DNA of 64,000 nucleotides from Savitreella phatthalungensis (Eukaryota): NCBI GenBank assembly GCA_051599415.1, contig AP039696.1, positions 248,001 to 312,000 of the forward strand, read 5' to 3'. Shown piece by piece: positions 62,886 to 64,000 of this stretch (position 1 is its first letter; each line of letters starts with the position of its first letter). The notes under the pieces were generated by a model. It saw only the letters and a program-made list of their open reading frames with translations, ran no database searches and was not told where the DNA came from. The position numbers and the translations under genes were made by a program.

Positions 62886-64000
62886 GATTGGGAAGCATCG
62901 TAAGTCTTGCGGCTATCAGCAGCACTGTGTGTCCTTCGGTATTCATCCAAATCAACTTCGCTATAGTTGCCCCAAATCTCCACGTTCAGCAATTCGCACG
63001 TTGATGTGTGTGCCTCAGACGGTTTTCAATGACCACACGGCCGTATTTTGCCACACTATAGGACATAACCGCTGTGCGTAAGATCACGTCGTCCATGTGA
63101 AGGCGTCTACGAATAGCCTGTGGACTTGATTGCGCTCGATGCACAATGCGCTTTGCAAACTCGATACAAATGTCGCATAGGACAGGCGCCGGGCTCAAGA
63201 GCAATTAAGAACGCAGCACAGACCTATACCAGAAGTCATACAGGAGAACTCATCTGAGTGCTCACAGAGAGATGCGAAGATTACAAACAGTCCCAGAAGG
63301 TTACGGGAACTTGAGTCACTTCGCTTGACCAACCGTCCAAAGCACATAGCTGATGAATGGCAGGTGTCACGACGTATCCGGCACAAGAGGACACAGCATG
63401 CCATATGCGGACGGCGAGCCAGATATTCCGATGCCCAGTACAGAGGATTGTATCCATTCTGACAGCCTCTGAGGAGCTATGCCCTCGTCAGATTTAGTGC
63501 CGAGAGAGAGCAGGAGTGACGGCGCTGTGTATCGTGGTGCACAAGTAGCCCGGACAACTAGACCAGTCGTGACGACAAATGACGCTCGTGTATAATCTCG
63601 TTTTCTCAAATGGATTATTCACTACAACAAGGACATCAAAGACAATGAATCGCTCGTGTATACACAACGTATCAGATTCGCTTGCGAAAAAATGGTGTCC
63701 GGAGTACCTCCACAGGCTGCGAGGAAGACGCATTTCAGGTCGCTTAGAAAGGCTTCTGATGAACAGTGCTACATCAGAGATGTCCCAGGAGCATCAGGAG
63801 AAGACTGAGGGCTGCCATGGATCTCGCAGCAGACCATCTGAAGCCACTGTGACCCCCTTGGGGACGTGCTATCATTTCAAATTCTTAATCGGCCGGTTAG
63901 CTCGAGCTGAGTCCTCTCTTGTAAAACCTGTGGCGCCTTATGAGCTGAGCAAGCAGCCTGCGAAGCACGTGATGGGACGAAAGAGACAATGATTCAGTGT

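Noticed and set aside
61654..63004. Similar Cys/Val-rich ORFs 61654-62073 (-) and 62555-63004 (+) as a paralogous gene pair
   Set aside because: They lack ATG starts, their similarity shifts between frames, and it is explained by the DNA-level inverted repeat.

Overview
This is gene-dense eukaryotic DNA from a fungus, about 24 protein-coding genes, mostly intronless. Three genes carry short (45-54 nt) GT-AG introns. Protein style and compactness suggest an ascomycete, possibly a Taphrinomycotina-type yeast (inference). Most genes are conserved housekeeping genes: a biotin-carboxylase C-terminus, mitochondrial PP2C, AP-1 gamma adaptin, Mot1, an Ark1/Prk1 kinase, an arrestin, Med10, a vacuolar MFS transporter, LSD1, Rrn3, a Kic1/Nak1 kinase, ValRS, the PP2A A subunit, Stm1, Pal1, Gpi16, Ams1, a PTS2-bearing acyl-CoA synthetase, Syg1, Grr1 and Efr3. 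Three things stand out. (1) An orphan 601-aa ORF (12457-14262) with an apparently intact PD-(D/E)XK nuclease motif set sits in its own ~4.6 kb island and may be a selfish element, effector or meiotic-drive gene. (2) The gene-free right end (~60.3-64 kb) holds four diverged copies of one 0.3-0.6 kb repeat arranged as two inverted pairs. (3) A small protein fuses a Cys-rich putative Zn module to a CBM5/12-like module and has no signal peptide. No tRNA, rRNA, CRISPR array or intact transposase was recognised. All calls come from reading motifs by eye, with no database searches.
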